The position numbers and the translations under genes are program-made. 64,000 nt of DNA from a virus, in the IMG/VR virus record IMGVR_UViG_3300034068_001120, positions 38,842-102,841 of that record; one strand, given 5' to 3'. The notes beneath the pieces were generated by a model that ran no database searches, was not told the origin of the DNA, and saw nothing but the letters and a program-made list of their open reading frames with translations. How positions within the stretch are numbered: position 1 is the stretch's first letter; each line of letters opens with the position of its first letter. Positions 58,860 to 64,000 of this stretch are shown here, piece by piece.

Positions 58860-59489
58860 TTATGTAAATGAAAGTTTAGATCGAATTGCGGATGCATAAC
58901 ATGCTTGAGCGTCATTGGCTACACGCCACAACTGATGAACTGGTGCTTCTACAACAATTCCCACAAATGGAGTGGAAGCCACGGTATACGGATTTGATGT
59001 ATTATTTGGCGCAAATTGCGACGTAATAAAATTTCCACCAGACATTGATGCGGTAACCGTTCCCGAAACAGGAATAGTTGCATTAAGTTCAGTTGGGTTG
59101 GATGAATTGTTTGCGCCAATTGCTTCAATGGTTACTCGTTGTCGCAACTTGCTGTCTACAACAGCATTGCTTTCAAGCAATTTATTCATTCTTCGCAATA
59201 GATTATGGAGAGTCTCCTCGTAGGAGGGAAGATCCACATAAATTTGCAAGCGATCAGTTGATGCCATTGCAGAAGTATTATAATCCAATGTGAGAATATT
59301 ATTATTAAAACTTACAGCACCAGTTGTTGAATCTGCAAAATTGTAAATAATGGTGTTGGCAGTAGTATTAGTTATCAGAAGAAAGTTTTCAAGTGCCATA
59401 GTCTGAGCAAGACCACTCAATGTAATGGTATTTGCTGCTGGAGTGAAAGTGTAACTTCCTACTGCGTCTGTTCCTAATAATTTCTTCAT
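58860..59489 (-). CDS. tail/baseplate-associated protein
   Basis: YTFTP...LLITNTT.NTIIYNFAD...TLDYNT..M..TD.LQIYVD; TATAAATA upstream. Confidence 0.7.
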   Translation of the reverse strand: MKKLLGTDAVGSYTFTPAANTITLSGLAQTMALENFLLITNTTANTIIYNFADSTTGAVSFNNNILTLDYNTSAMASTDRLQIYVDLPSYEETLHNLLRRMNKLLESNAVVDSKLRQRVTIEAIGANNSSNPTELNATIPVSGTVTASMSGGNFITSQFAPNNTSNPYTVASTPFVGIVVEAPVHQLWRVANDAQACYASAIRSKLSFT

Positions 59490-59504
59490 ATTTCTCCTTT
59501 GTAT

Positions 59505-64000
<4,496 letters not shown>

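Overview
This 64-kb window comes from a large T4-like (Caudoviricetes) phage genome, read in the standard genetic code. Evidence: gp32 SSB, gp33, TATAAATA late promoters, a MoxR-AAA/VWA pair, ATP-dependent ligase, UvsE, class II RNR, RuvC-like and PD-(D/E)XK nucleases, five tRNAs, and a tail-fibre/collagen block at 47-64 kb. An OM beta-barrel and several lipoproteins suggest a diderm host (inference). The most unusual part is a GC-richer early island at ~17.5-32 kb. From 25.2 to 32.0 kb it is a tandem array of about 12 self-contained transcription cassettes. Each junction combines a terminator, CTATGACGAA direct repeats, a CCGATAA box and a sigma70 promoter. The cassettes use either leaderless starts or a ~70-nt structured 5' leader present in five copies with compensatory base changes. 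Cargo includes a Csx20-like candidate cOA ring nuclease, an Ocr-like acidic protein, a GP88-family protein and one or two probable small RNAs, so this is a candidate modular anti-defence/host-takeover system. Other notable items: a set of late genes with T4-type capsid-targeting N-termini (including a nucleotidyltransferase and an HNH nuclease), an atypical tRNA-Ile(UAU), a 60-nt anticodon-less tRNA-like RNA, and a holin/u-spanin-like pair near a secreted trypsin-like protease. All family calls come from motif recognition by eye; no searches were run.
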